A program made the translations under genes and the position numbers. From NCBI GenBank assembly GCA_964016885.1, contig OZ024741.1, forward strand, positions 360,716,001 through 360,780,000: a DNA stretch of 64,000 bases, read 5' to 3'. This stretch comes from Eledone cirrhosa. Taxonomy: Eukaryota. Within the stretch, counting starts at the first letter, position 1, and every line of letters starts with the position of its first letter. The notes under the pieces are model-generated. The model worked only from the letters and a program-made list of their open reading frames with translations. It had not been told where the DNA came from and did not search any database. This document shows, one piece after another, positions 45,865 to 58,631 of the stretch.

Positions 45865-46392
45865 AAATTAGTAGTGAAGGGGGTTGTTCTAAAAGCATAG
45901 TAGCTAGAATAAAAGCAGGATGGAAAAAGTTCAGAGAGCTACTACCTCTGTTGGATTTTCTTTCCAAGTGAAGGGTTGATGTTATATACCTCTGTGTATG
46001 ATTTGCAATGTTACATGATAGTGAGACATGGAGAGCAAATGCAGAGGATATACAAAGATTGGAGAGAAATGATTCGAGCATGCTTTGATGGATGTGTAAC
46101 GCTAGTGTACTTGAACAACAAATCATGGGTGAGTTAAGAGAAAAACTGGGCATAAGAGGAATCAGATGCAGTATGAAAGACAAAGGATTGTGTTGGTATG
46201 GACACATAATGCATATGGATGATGGTTGTTGGGTGAAGACATGTGAAGAATTACCACTGAAAGGAAGTTGCATAAGAAGAAGACCAAGAAAAACCTCACA
46301 GAGGGAATGCAATAAATGGAGGGAAGCTGTGCTCTAGACAACCTATCCAACCCATGCAAGCATGGAGAAATGGATCTAAAAATGATAATGAA
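45865..46392 (+). pseudogene. RTE 3' fragment
   Basis: ISSEGGCSKSIVARIKAGWKKFRELL...ELREKLGIRGIRC...WYGHIMHMDD with tail. Confidence 0.85.
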
Positions 46393-49213
46393 AGTACACA
46401 GTTAACTCCTACAGTCTTACTCTGTATAGAGTACAGTTTAACTGCAACTGCTAAAGGGTTAAAACAGTTGACTTCTACCTCTAAGACTTTTTTCTTCTCT
46501 TCATTACCTATGATTGTACTAACTTTACTGTTTTAACCCTTTAGCATTTACATTACTCTATATTTACTATTGTATTTTCACAGTAAAGGCTTTATCTTAC
46601 ATAATTATTTCCCATAATATCGAATCTATGATATTTTTATATTATTTATTTTGAAAACAATACCTTAATGTAGGTATGAGCAGCCACTTACAGCCAGTTT
46701 GAACAGAAAGGGGTGAGAGAGCTCTGGCCAGATATGGCCAGTTAAATGCCAAAGGGTTGTTCAATTGAGATCTAATTGTTGCATTGAAAAGCTGTTTAAG
46801 TAACTTGTTAGCTTACCCAGGTTTTATGACAAAACAAAGATTCTTGGAATAAATAAAAAATAGATTGGAAAAATGTTTGCACTTTTGGCTGATGTTAATC
46901 CATTCAACATCAACCTGCCTGGAACAACCTCTGTTAAAGTATTCAAATATAAATTTGAATCTTGTACTGAAATCTCATTATTACATGAAAGATATGGTAG
47001 TGGATTGACAGTATCGGTAGAGCATCGGGCAACATGCTTTATGGCATAGGATTACACCCCTTTATGATCTGAGTTCCAATCCCACCAAGGTTAGCTTTGC
47101 CTTTCAGCTTTAAATTAAATAAAATACCAGTAATGCACTGGGTCGATTTAATCAACTTTCCCCTCACCAAAATTGTTGGCCTTGTGTCTAAATCAGAAAC
47201 CATTATTACATGGATGGCAGTATCGGTAGAGGGTCGGACGCCATGCTTTGCAGCATAGAGTTGCGGCCCTTTACGATCTGAGTTCAAATCCTGTTAACTT
47301 TGCCTTTCATCCTTACGGGGTCGATAAAATAAAGTACCAGTAATGCACTGGGATAATTGCTGGCCTTGTGCCAAAAGTAGAAACAATTATTACATGGAAG
47401 ATAATATATTTTAGTAGTTAAATATTTATCTTTCATTATGAAGTTGAAAGTAGAGCAATGGAATTGCAGTCTCGTTAGCATTTAGTTATGGTTCTTTACA
47501 TTCTGAGTTCAAATCTTGTCACGGTCAACTTGGCCTTTCATTCTTCCAAAGCCAACAAAATAAAGTACCAGTCAAGTACTGGGGTTGATATAATCAACTT
47601 GCTGCCTCCCCCAAAATTGTACCTATTAAGTTGAAAGTTATATATCTCACTAAACCTCTTATAATTCTTGATTATTTTGATAATTGAAACACATTGTTAG
47701 AAATATAGTAACACAAGAGTTAATGAGCTTCAGCTGAAAGTAACTAACAAAATAAAGGTCATTAGTTACTGATTAACCCATTAGTTACCATATTTCTAAT
47801 GCAAAACATTACTCGTATACTCTTTCATCCTTTAACTTGTTCCAGCTGACTGGCAGAGACCATACTGGAGCACTGCTATTGCCTATAATCTAAAAATAAT
47901 TTTGAAAATAATGTAGTTCAAAGAGATTTAGTAACATAGCTAACTTTCTTATTATTATTTTGGTGTTTGAAACAAAGGTTCTTACATAAAATTTTGATGA
48001 ACGTTTTTTTTTTAGATAAATATAAACACATTAACCCTTTTGCTAGCATATTTCTAATGAAAGACATTGCCTATAATTTTTTTAATATTGAGGGATTTAG
48101 TAATATAACTAACTGTCTCACTATTATACTGGTATTTAGAACATAATTTTTACATAAAATTATAATGGAAGGTTTTGATATAAATATGAACACTTTGGAA
48201 ATTTGTAGTTAAATAAAGCATAAGAAAGACAACATAATATTTAGAAAGAGGACAACAGCATTTAAATATTAGGGGTATCTAGAACTACCTAGATATTATA
48301 TACATTTATATTTATAGTTCATGATATCTAAAACGAGGACAATGACATTTAGATACTAGGGCTCAGACACTATATGATTATCTAGAGCTATTTAGATACC
48401 ATAGACACAAGCATGTCTGTGTGGTTAAGAAGTTGACTTCGCAACCACATAGTTTTGTGTTCAGTCTCACTGTGTGGCACCTTAGGTAGGTGTCTGCTAC
48501 TATAAAAGTGCTTTGTGACAAAATTTGATATATGCATGTATACATATGCATGTGTGTGTGTGTGAGTGTGCATGTATCTTTATCTTTTTACTGCATGTAT
48601 CTTCATATTAATAGGCATCGGATAGAATGCTTTACAGCACAAGTTCTCAACCCATTTAGGCCAAACGCTCCCTTTTTGTCCCTCAAAATCACGAAACGCC
48701 CCCTACCCTATTTTTCCATTTTTCAATATACTACTGATTTTGATATCTGTAGATTACTAAAAAATTGATTAACAATATTCCAAAGATACCATTGCAGGCA
48801 GCTGAGAGTATAAATACATTCCTTGAAAGGAAATATATAAATTTCAAAAAAAGGAACATAAATGTTCTTTTTTAGGAATAAGGACCAGTTGAATTTGTTA
48901 TATTCCCACCAGGCGATACCAGCTATTTTGAACATTTATACAAGAGCAACTCTGTCTATCCAAAGAGTGCTCTTATCTGGAAGAAAGTAGCAATTATATC
49001 ATTTCAAAGCTTTCCAATTTTCCCTTTAATGAAACAGACGGAATAAATATTGATATCTAACTTGATGTCCCCTCTGCTTTGTGAGCTTAGAGACCACGGA
49101 AGAGGGTTTTCATGACCACGCGGGAGGGTATATTTATTAGTAAATGGTAAAATATATACAACAAATGAGTAAGTGAATTGTAGTAGATGGTTTCCAGTCC
49201 AGTCAGACTGCAA

Positions 49214-50060
49214 CTACAAATAAAAAAAATTGCTGAATTCCTCTTGCATCCAAAAAAGGGGTTCACCTATTTTGGGAAATCTAATTTTGATCATGTCATC
49301 TGCTTGAAGTTCAATGAATTCTTCCTGAAATATAACGTCCAAATCATCGACGTTAGCTACGAAGGGATCTGCTACCCACATTGGGATGTCCATCGGCAAA
49401 AGGTCGACAAATCATTCTCTCATGTTGTCTTGTAGCGCACAGAGGTGAGCGGTATAAATTTGGAGTTGGTCATCGCTTACAATGTTTTGAACATTGGCGA
49501 CACTAGGAAAATTATAGAATTCCCGTCAACAAAGATTCCTTTCGATGACATTCAATTTGGCCAGGAATGTTTTCACAGCATTCCTTGCTTTAAGCAAGGT
49601 GATCTTCTTCCCCTGCAAAGCCAAAATGACGCTATTGCATTTGTCGACGATGTCGGTGAGGTAGGCGCAGTCTTGCCCCACATCGAGGGTTTTCTTGTAC
49701 AGTTCTGTGTTGCGTCCTCGCAGAAACTCAATGATAGAGTCGAAGAGTTCAAAGAAGTGAGTAAAGCACTTGCCCTTTAAAAGCCACCTCACTTCAGTAT
49801 GAAGGAGCAACTTGACGAATTCTTCATCATTATCTTGGCACAGTTGCCGGAAAATTTGTTTATTGAGGGAATGACGTTTGATAAAATTGATGACATCAAG
49901 GGCCACCTGCAAGGACTTGCTGAGTTTCTTCACAGCCAAGTGTTGTCAATGAATGACACAATGAACAACAAATATAGATAGATTTTCTCTCTTCAGAAGA
50001 GTGACGAAACCCTTATGTTGGCCGACCATTGCTCTAGCGTCGTCTGTAGCACATGATACA
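49214..50060 (-). pseudogene. hAT transposase fragment
   Basis: CATDDARAMVGQHKGF, VINFIKRHSLN..IFRQLC, LLLHTEVRWL.KG, AYLTDI, QEEFIELQAD; frameshifted. Confidence 0.9.
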
Positions 50061-50061
50061 G

Positions 50062-50508
50062 TATGTGTTGTATTTGGTCCTAGATGTATGTATTACCTGC
50101 CTGTGTGTTGTAGGTAGTCCTAGATGTATGTATTACCTGCTTATGTATTGCATGTGGTCCTAGATGTATGTATTACCTGATTATGTGTTGTATGTAGTCC
50201 TAGATGTATGTATTACCTGATTATGTGTTGTATGTAGTCCTAGATGTTTGTATTACCTGATTATGTGTTGTATGTGGTCCTAGATGTTTGTATTACTTGC
50301 CTGTGTGTTGTATTTGGTCCTAGATGTGTGTGCTACCTCCTTATGTGTTGCATGTGGTCCTAGATGTGTGTATTACCTGCTTATGTGTTGTATGTGGTCC
50401 TAGATGTGTGTATTACCTGCTTATGAGTTGTATGTGGTCCTAGATGTGTGTATTACCTGCTTATGTGTTGTATGTGGTCCTAGATGTGTGTGCTACCCGC
50501 TTCTGTGT
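50062..50508. repeat. 40-bp tandem repeat (~11 copies) inside the hAT element
   Basis: Unit TATGTGTTGTATGTGGTCCTAGATGTGTGTATTACCTGCT. Confidence 0.95.
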
Positions 50509-52186
50509 TTTTTTTTTCTTTTTTTATTTGTAATATTATTTATACAATAGGAAATAAAATAGATCTACATAGTGTTAACTCGTTACGGTTGAGTCAATAA
50601 TTTCAGACATGAAATACATTGTTATCGGTGAAGGAAAGACAAGATTCTAACTGACTGCACTTGAAGTGTCCTTGACCCAGTTGACTGTGGGTTTTTCCAT
50701 TGTTAGGATCTCAATTGCCGGTTAATGTCTAAACACGCCTGCACACCTGCTCACAGCTGCGGTCAGACCATAGTTATGCTGTCTGCATTCACACTGGCTG
50801 TCTCAAAGACATACAAATATGGCTTATAAAACTTACCAAAGTAAAGAGCCTTCCAGTGCACTCCAAAGCTCCAAACATCTCCCTAATGCCCCCTTGCTCC
50901 CAAACGCCCCCCTGGAGTTCCGAAACTCCCCCTGGGGTGCATATGCCCCCCGTTGAGAACCTTTGCTTTACAGTATTCACCTCACCTCATTGCGCGCTCC
51001 GAGTTCAAATCCCACCATGGTCAACTTCGCCTTTCATCCTTTCGAGGTCGATAAAAAAGTACCAGTCCAATACTGGGGTCTATTATTCCTCTACAGAAAA
51101 AATCAGCTGTGTTCAGATCTGGAGAGGGTTGGACTGCCAGGTTTAAAAGTTGGGATATACCATACTTACAAAATATAGTATGCTTTGGCATCAGGAAGGG
51201 CATCCTGTCATAGAACAACTGCCTCAAAACGTTTCATCCAACCCATGTTAGCATGGAAAAGCAAAAGTGAAAAAGGATGATGATTATGATGATATATATT
51301 TAGTGTTCATGATATCTAGAGAGAAGACAATGGTATTTAGTTATTGGGAGCAGAGCTCTATCTAGGTAGCTAAGCTCTACCTAGGTAGCTACCTAGATAT
51401 CATATATACATTTAGTGTTATTTACACCTTCAGAGACTGACTCAGTAACAGTCATTAAGCGATATTAAAATAATGTAATTAAGCATCGGAGAAGATCAAT
51501 GATATTTAGATTTTGACAGTAAATTATTAATTCAACAGGATGTTTTTACATGTTTTTACATAAGAGCAGCTCCAACTCATAAATAACATGGGTTTTCTGC
51601 TCACTGAAGTTTATCATTTCAATGACTAAACTGTATAGAACATCATTTTATGTCCACTTTTCCATGCTGGCATGAGTTGGATGGGTCATTACAAACCAAG
51701 TCAGTATCTAATTGGAGCTACTGTCCTCCATGGCTTGTCAGGAGACTGTATCTCACTCAGATACATTCCATCATGTCAGAATTTCTACAGCTAGATGCCC
51801 TTCCAAATTCTAACCACTTTATAGAATATACCAGGTGAATTTTATTGTGGTGCCAGTACTAGGTAGGTTGTCGTGTATTTGACACCACTGAAGCGTCCTT
51901 TGTACCTTTTGGCATGGTTTCTATGCATTATGTAACCATACCATCACAATATTTTCTCTTGCACACTACATCTCATTCTCCTAATACACAACTTTTCTCC
52001 CGACCTCTCTAGCACTAAACATTATTTTGCATAGGCTGTTGATAACTTTCACAATGTTTTCATAAAATTCTTTTAGCAAGTTAGCTAGTCATTACCTTAA
52101 CCTCATAACCTTATTCCTATTTAGTCCCCAGATCAGTTCTGGTTAAGCAAACCTAGGATCAATGGCATTCCAGCTCTGACTAACAA

Positions 52187-52220
<34 letters not shown>

Positions 52221-52419
52221 CAATTATAGTGTATAAATCAAAGATAAATCAAAGACAGTAATTCTTTAGTTTGTTTTAGTCATTATGACCAAGGTGGTAC
52301 TGAAACACTAACTTCAAAATTTAATAAATTCTTTAACATTTCCTCTCTTTTATGTTGACAATTTATGTGAATGATACCTTTTCTGCTTTTTTCATATGCT
52401 CTTTACATCACTTTGGCCA

Positions 52420-52650
52420 CAATCTCAAGTGGCAGCACCTGCAGGGTCAATCACCATCAAGACCTCTTGTGTCCTTAATCACCAAAGTGCTATTTTCCTC
52501 TGCTAAATAAGGAGAATAGCATCACACCTGAGGAAGAAGCCACAGAAGGTGGGATGGCTGATGCAGTGGGTATTGCTGGTTATTCTCCACAGTAATGCTT
52601 TCGCCATCTTGTCTGAGGGTGCAGCTGAGGTATATCATCCAGCCACAGGT
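52420..52650 (+). pseudogene. Possible C-terminal remnant of a restriction-like-endonuclease (CRE-like) LINE
   Basis: Translation WLMQWVLLVILHSNAFAILSEG resembles the WL.QR.S.A.QRGNA.AIL terminal motif. Confidence 0.3.
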
Positions 52651-53329
52651 ATAGAGGTTTTCCCCACCTCATTTTTCCCCATTTTTCTTTAATCTTTTTG
52701 TCTTGGTTGATATTGTAAATATATATTTTTTAATTTGAAATTAATAAAAATTCATTATTTCTGCTTTACATACTAAAAGATTGTGAAGGCGCATGGCTTA
52801 GTAGTTAGAACATTGCACTTGCTATCGGAAGGTTGTGAGTTTGATTCTCAGACCGGGAGATGTGTTATGTCCTTGAACAAGACACTTTATTTCATGTTGC
52901 TCCAGTTTACTCGACTGTAGAAATGAGTTGCGGCGTCACTGGTGTCAAGCTGTATCAGCCATAGCCTTTCCCTTGGACAACATCGGTGGCGTGGAGAAGG
53001 GAGACTGGTATGCATGGGCGACTGCTGGTCTTCCACAAACAACCTTGCCCGAACTTGTGCCTCAGAGGGAAACATTCTAGATGCAAATCCCATGGTAATT
53101 CGTGACCGAAGGGAGTCTTTACCCTTTACCCTTATTAAAAGACAATAGTATTAGTTGGCAGTTGGTGGTAAGTGATATGATAGAAGCAGATGACAGTAGT
53201 AAAATATGACCAAAGAAATATAGGATAACCTTTTTTTACACTTGACGGAAGTAAGTCACTCATTTGAGATGCAACATGCTGTAACACTTTCTCCAGTACC
53301 AACTTTATCATCTTGACCACAAACCATAC

Positions 53330-53950
53330 TCTGAGGACAGTTTCCTTTTTGTGCTAATCCCTATTGAAACCTCTAAGGAGCCTCCCTGGCAACTGAAGGA
53401 ATCTATTTCATATGTGCTTTTTATGCTTACTTCTCCTGTGCATCTACCACATACAAAGTCTATCTTTTCTGTTAGTCTACCTTCTCCTGTACATCCATAA
53501 AATACGCTGTGTGCACCTTAAGGAATTAATACCCACACTTTCTGACATATTGAACAAGGCCACTTCCCTTATGGTATCACCTTCATGTCTTCTTTCTTAC
53601 TTATTAAGACTTTCATCTTTGCTAAGTTTACTTTTAGGCCTTTCAACTCTAAGTTTTTCTTCCATGCTTGAAATTTCGTTTCTAACTCTGCTAAGGATTC
53701 ATCTATGAGGACTAGGCCACTTTGTTTTAATGGTATTTTCTACCTTAATATTCCACCATCTTGTCACCCTCTGTCTTGCTCCAGCTGCAGATCTGGCTTA
53801 TGGCTTCCAGCAGGTAGTCCTGTAGAAATTCCCAATTTTTCTCTATATTCTAAGTCCCTAACTCCTCTTTCTTTCCGTCATAGGCATCAAGTAATATACA
53901 TATAGTATAGTGGCTGTTGTATTACCCAAGGCTAGTCTAAGTATATATAT
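53330..53950 (-). pseudogene. Degraded RTE fragment
   Basis: Minus strand RCTQ..LWMY..GRLTEKIDFVCGRCTG zinc-finger remnant. Confidence 0.6.
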
Positions 53951-54189
53951 GAGTATTCCACCTGGAAATCTTTTCGTATCACTGATATTTTCTTTGCTTC
54001 TTGCATTATTTAAATACACCACTTTTCCTCCACTATACTCTTCTTAATTCCACCTTCTCCGTCTCAACCGTCTATTTCTCTCTCACCCCAGGAACCTCAT
54101 CATGCCCAATCTCAAATCTTTATTTTTCTTAAAAAATATTTTTTTCCGATTCCGCCCTACCCATCCCTTTAATCTTTCTAATTTCTCAT

Positions 54190-54232
54190 TCTTTCTTCTG
54201 ATGAAGGACTAGCATCCGAAACATTAAAACCC
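54190..54232 (+). ncRNA. Minimal hammerhead ribozyme motif (Penelope-type)
   Basis: CTGATGA (54198)-A-GGA(CTAGCA)TCC-GAAA-CAT-TA. Core intact; stem I only about 2 bp. Preceded by a pyrimidine-rich tract and followed by an ATTAAA signal. Confidence 0.55.
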
Positions 54233-54364
54233 TCTTCCTGCTATTTCAAGCATTAAACTAATATATTCCTTCTATTGTACCATTTGTGTTGTTATTTCTG
54301 TTTACCTTTTACATATATACATACACACACACACATATATATATATACATATATATATGTATAT

Positions 54365-55380
54365 TATCATCATCATCATCATTTTATGTCCGCTTTTCCC
54401 TGCTTGCAAGGGTGGGATGGGTCTTATTCGGCACAGCATCTCTCCACTTGTCACGGTCCTTCGTCATCTCCACCGTGAGCTTCAGCAATCTGAGGTCTGT
54501 TCTCACCACCTCCGCCCATGTTTTTCGTGGTCTACCTCTACCACGTCTTCCTTCAACTGGCATTTCCTGGCACTTCTTCCCCCATCGGTCATCCTCCATG
54601 TGCATCACATGTCCATACCACCGCAGTCTCCTCTCTCGCACACTACATTCTATCCCTCTCAGACACAGTTTCTCTCTCAATACATCCATGCTGGGTCGTT
54701 CACGCACATTGACACTGCACATCCAACGGAGCATGCTTGCCTCATTTCTCTCCAGCCGTCGCATATCCTCTACAGTTGCTGCCCAAGTCTCACTACCATG
54801 CAGCATCGCGCTCCTCAAACAGGCATCATATAACCGGCCTTTCATACAGAGGGAGCAACCCTTCTTCGTCAGCAAAGGAACCAGCTCCCTAAACTTCTTC
54901 CAACCCGTCCTTATTCTAGATACTATGGCCTCAGAATACCCCCGCCCCCCTCCCATGCTAATCTGATCTCCTAGGTACCGGAAGCTATCAACCACTTCTA
55001 TAGCACCCGCCTGCATTTGAAAAATGTGTCTATCAATGCGACTTCTACTGTCTAATTTCCCTGTACATCTACTGCATACGTATTTCTCCCTACCTGTTAG
55101 TTTGCCTGCTATGCCACTACATCTCTTGTGTACCCAAGATCTGCATTGTGTGCATTTTAGAGAATTTATGCCAGTTCCTTTTCTGCATATCGAACATGGC
55201 CATTTCCCTTCCGGAATCAGAGTTTTGTCCTCTTTTCTACTCATCAAAACTTTTGTCTTAGCTAGGTTCACTCTCAGTCCTCTTGATTCCAACTGCTGTT
55301 TCCATAGCCAGAATTTATTCTCTAGCTCTTCTACTGATTCTGCTATAAGAACCAGATCATCAGCATAGAGAAGTTCCCAT
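54365..55380 (-). mobile_element. RTE subfamily A 3' portion (302-aa ORF), 5'-truncated
   Basis: High similarity to 1800-2790; starts at WELLYADD; (GAT)n tail. Confidence 0.95.
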
Positions 55381-55384
55381 ATAT

Positions 55385-56957
55385 CATCATCATCATCATC
55401 ATCTTCGTTTAACGTGCATCTTCCATGCTAGCATGGGTTAGACGGGAGTTGTCCCACTTGAGGCAAGGTTGGTCAGGTGACCGTGTCTCGCTCATATAGG
55501 ACTATCTGGCAGGTTTTCTACGGCTGGATGCCCTTCCTAACACCAACAACATTTACAGTGTGGAACTGGGAACTTTTTACCGTGTTACCTACACGGCCAC
55601 ATTACAGCGTGGAGTGTGTTTTTTTGTCGTGACACCTACACAATCTCAATCTCATTATCGCATTTATTTGGACTGGATGTTGTGGTACCAACTTTACAGT
55701 GAGAGGGTGGTGTTGGTGGGAGTGGGAGTATAGGGTAGGGGTAGTGGATTGGGGTGTATATTTGGTTAAGAGGTGCTTACTGACTGTAGGTTTCGCTTTG
55801 TACATAGGCAAGGCGGGTCTTCTGTATTACTGCGTAGCGCCAAAGATCTTGGTCCAGTGACATTGTCTTAGAGAGGTGCAAGTGTGTAAGGTCGGAATTT
55901 ATCAGATCGTCCCAGGTTTTTCTGGGTCTACCTACTCCGTAACTACCATCAATTTTGATCGCCCTGCACTTTTTTATACAGCTGTCGTCTTTCATGCGCA
56001 TCACGCGGTCATACCAACGTAGTCTTCTCTCAAGTAAACAGCATCTGATCCCTCTTATTCCTAACTTCTCACTTAGTTCATTTATGCTTTGCTGTTCATG
56101 TATATTACTATTACACATCCAACGGAGCATGCATGCTTCGTTCCTTTCCAGTCTGTGCAGATCCTCTGCACGTAATGCCCATGTCTCACTGCCATGTAGC
56201 ATTGCTGTTCGTATACAGGCATCATACAATCTGTCTTTTATTTTTAGAGAGAAACCTTTTGTGGCCAACAGCAGTATAAGCTCTCTGAACTTTTTCCATC
56301 CCATTCTGACTCTGGCTACTGTACTTTCAGAACACCCTCCACCACTGCTGATTTCGTCACCCAGGTAACGGAAAGTGTCCACTATTTCTATAGAGCCATC
56401 TGGGCAATAGAAGGAGCTAGTATCCTGTGGACACTTGCTACTTATTGCACCTCAGCATCGGCCACATATAATGTCTACGTTCTTAGATAGTTTACCTGTG
56501 ATCCCACTACATCTTTTATGTACCCATACTTTGCATTTGGGACATAAAATTGAATTTCTGCCTACTCCTTTCCTACACACTGAGCATAGCCATTTCCTTG
56601 AGGGCACCTGTGCCCTATTTTCCTTTCTACAAACTAGAACTTTAGTCTTAGACAAGTTAACTTTAAGGCCTTTTGATTCTAGGCCATGCTTCCATGTTTG
56701 GAATTTCTTCTCTAATTCAGCCATTGATTCAGCTATGAGCGTTAGATCATCTGCGTATAGGAGTTCCCATGGGCAGCCGGTCTTGAACTCCTCTGTTATA
56801 GCCTGAAGGGCAATAATAAATAGGAGGGGGCTAAGGACAGAGCCTTGATGAACACCAACTTTTACACTAAATTCTTCACAATATTCATTGTTAATTCTAA
56901 CCTTACTGACTGTTTCTTTATACATAGCTTGTATAGCTCTCACAAGCCATTCATCTA
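55385..56957 (-). mobile_element. RTE subfamily B, 5'-truncated, with SINE-like 3' UTR
   Basis: ORFs 56452-56943 and 55777-56382 (split by a stop) match 42070-43250; the UTR matches 43250-43725. Confidence 0.95.
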
Positions 56958-57912
56958 AAAAGTAGTGTTATTCGGAGACTACGACAATGCATTGCTGTAG
57001 AAAACTGGTTTCTGGTTTGAAGTATTTTACTATATTTACCCCACCCATTCGGTTTTCAACCTACCCTTTTTTGTTTGTGAATTCTAAATATAAAATTTCT
57101 GGATTGTCAGAGCATAGCGTTCATGTGACAGGCGGACGAAAAAGGCAGTACAGTTATCATAATATAGATACACATTTTTCCTTGAAACCATTCCATTGGA
57201 AAAAATAAAGAACACCTGCAGAGAGCAGTAATTAGTTAACTGACGTTCCTAAGTGGAAAAGACCCGGAAGAATAAAACTAAAATAATTGATTTCTAACAT
57301 AATATTTAAGTCATGCATGAAATGAGATGATATAAATTTGAAGTAAACATGTAAACATTTAATATTGCCTTATTTCTATTGAAAGTTTTAAATAATGAGT
57401 TTTAAATAATTCCAAGAGTTAAAAATTTGGCGAGATTTAGTAATATAACTTCTTCAATATTAAGTTGGTATTTGGAATATAATTTAATAAAAGTTCTCAT
57501 GTAAAATTATGATGGAAAGGTTTTAGATAAATATGAATACTTTAAGATAATCATGTTATAAAATCAGAGATGGTTTAAGAAGGTTGTAAAAAAATATAAT
57601 AAACATATCGATTGTCAATGCTTATTTTTCACTGAACTCTTTGAATATGCTTTTCAAAGTAAGAATCTATATTGAGTCCACTTGTGCCAACCAAATATTT
57701 TATGAAAAAGATTAAATAATGGTGGTGAAGGAAGGGTACGGATGGGTTGTATTAAGTTAGTTAATAAACACAGCTGTGACCAGCAGGGAGAGGTCATCTT
57801 GGTAGTGGAGATGGTAAGAGCGATCGATGACGGCGAAGGTGCGATATTTTGCCGAAGAGAAAAAACGTAAACAAAATGAGATCGAAGCTATGGTTGTGTA
57901 ATAGAAGCGTAG

Positions 57913-58006
57913 GTTTCCAGCATTTTAAAACCTGGCGGAGCCCACCTCCATACATATATATGTATGTATGGAGGAGGTCTCCGCCAGATTTTTAAATGCT
58001 GAAAAC
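57913..58006. repeat. ~94-bp imperfect palindrome
   Basis: GTTTCCAGCATTTTAAAACCTGGCGGAGCCCACCTCCATACATA / TATGTATGGAGGAGGTCTCCGCCAGATTTTTAAATGCTGAAAAC. Confidence 0.85.
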
Positions 58007-58412
58007 AAGGACGCCTTACGATTCGGAGTTAAGGGTCGATTTGTGTGTGTGTGTGCGTATTCTAGTGCTAAATAATTGTAGTTATATATACCACGCTATA
58101 TTGTTGACAGTTGCAACCGAGATGTGATTAAACATGTATGTCATCAGACGAGACTAGTAAAATATCAAACATCGCTAGAGCTATCAATATCGGAACTATT
58201 GGTTATTTACCGGTATAGAACATAAATACACACACTATCTATTTATTCATAATTGAATGGAAGAATGAGCTAGTGGAAGTGGGAAAGAAAGTGAAAGGAA
58301 CAGAGGAAACTGGACTTGCGTGTAATCGTTAGAATTGCGGACGTATATATGTCTTTTAAAACGTGTCTTTGCAGCAAAAATTACACAAAACAGAATGAAT
58401 GATAGAGCTTAC

Positions 58413-58631
58413 CTTGGCTAAAATCTGCCAACGTTGCATGGCAACGGCCCCATTGAACATTCCGTCGTTATGAGTTGTCATTTTTGTCTTGTTTTCTCCG
58501 GTTGACTGGACATGGTTATGTGAATGTAGCAGTTGTTGTGCAGCTGTTGCAGAAGAAGGCACTTGGCTTACTATTGCCGTTGCTTCTTTGCCACTGTTCG
58601 TGTCGATGTGTGGTGTTCTTGTCGGCTCCAT
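58413..58631 (-). CDS. Probable first coding exon of a host gene (73 codons, phase 0); end resembles calmodulin-lysine N-methyltransferase
   Basis: Strong start context CCAACC-ATG-G; non-repetitive, relatively CpG-rich sequence; canonical donor AAG|GTAAGC. Ends AMQRWQILAK, compared with ARWKLLRQ near the N-terminus of vertebrate CAMKMT. Downstream exons were not found. Confidence 0.6.

Larger units (their letters stand above)
48638..50965 (-). mobile_element. hAT (Buster/Charlie-like) DNA transposon, internally deleted, with TIRs and 8-bp TSD CTTTACAG
   Basis: TIRs CACAAGTTCTCAAC / GTTGAGAACCTTTG; identical CTTTACAG at 48630-48637 and 50966-50973; transposase remnants inside. Confidence 0.92.

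Noticed and set aside
56987-57208. 73-aa plus-strand ORF resembling a mitochondrial transit peptide
   Set aside because: Ends in a stop with no convincing splice donor and no recognisable homology.
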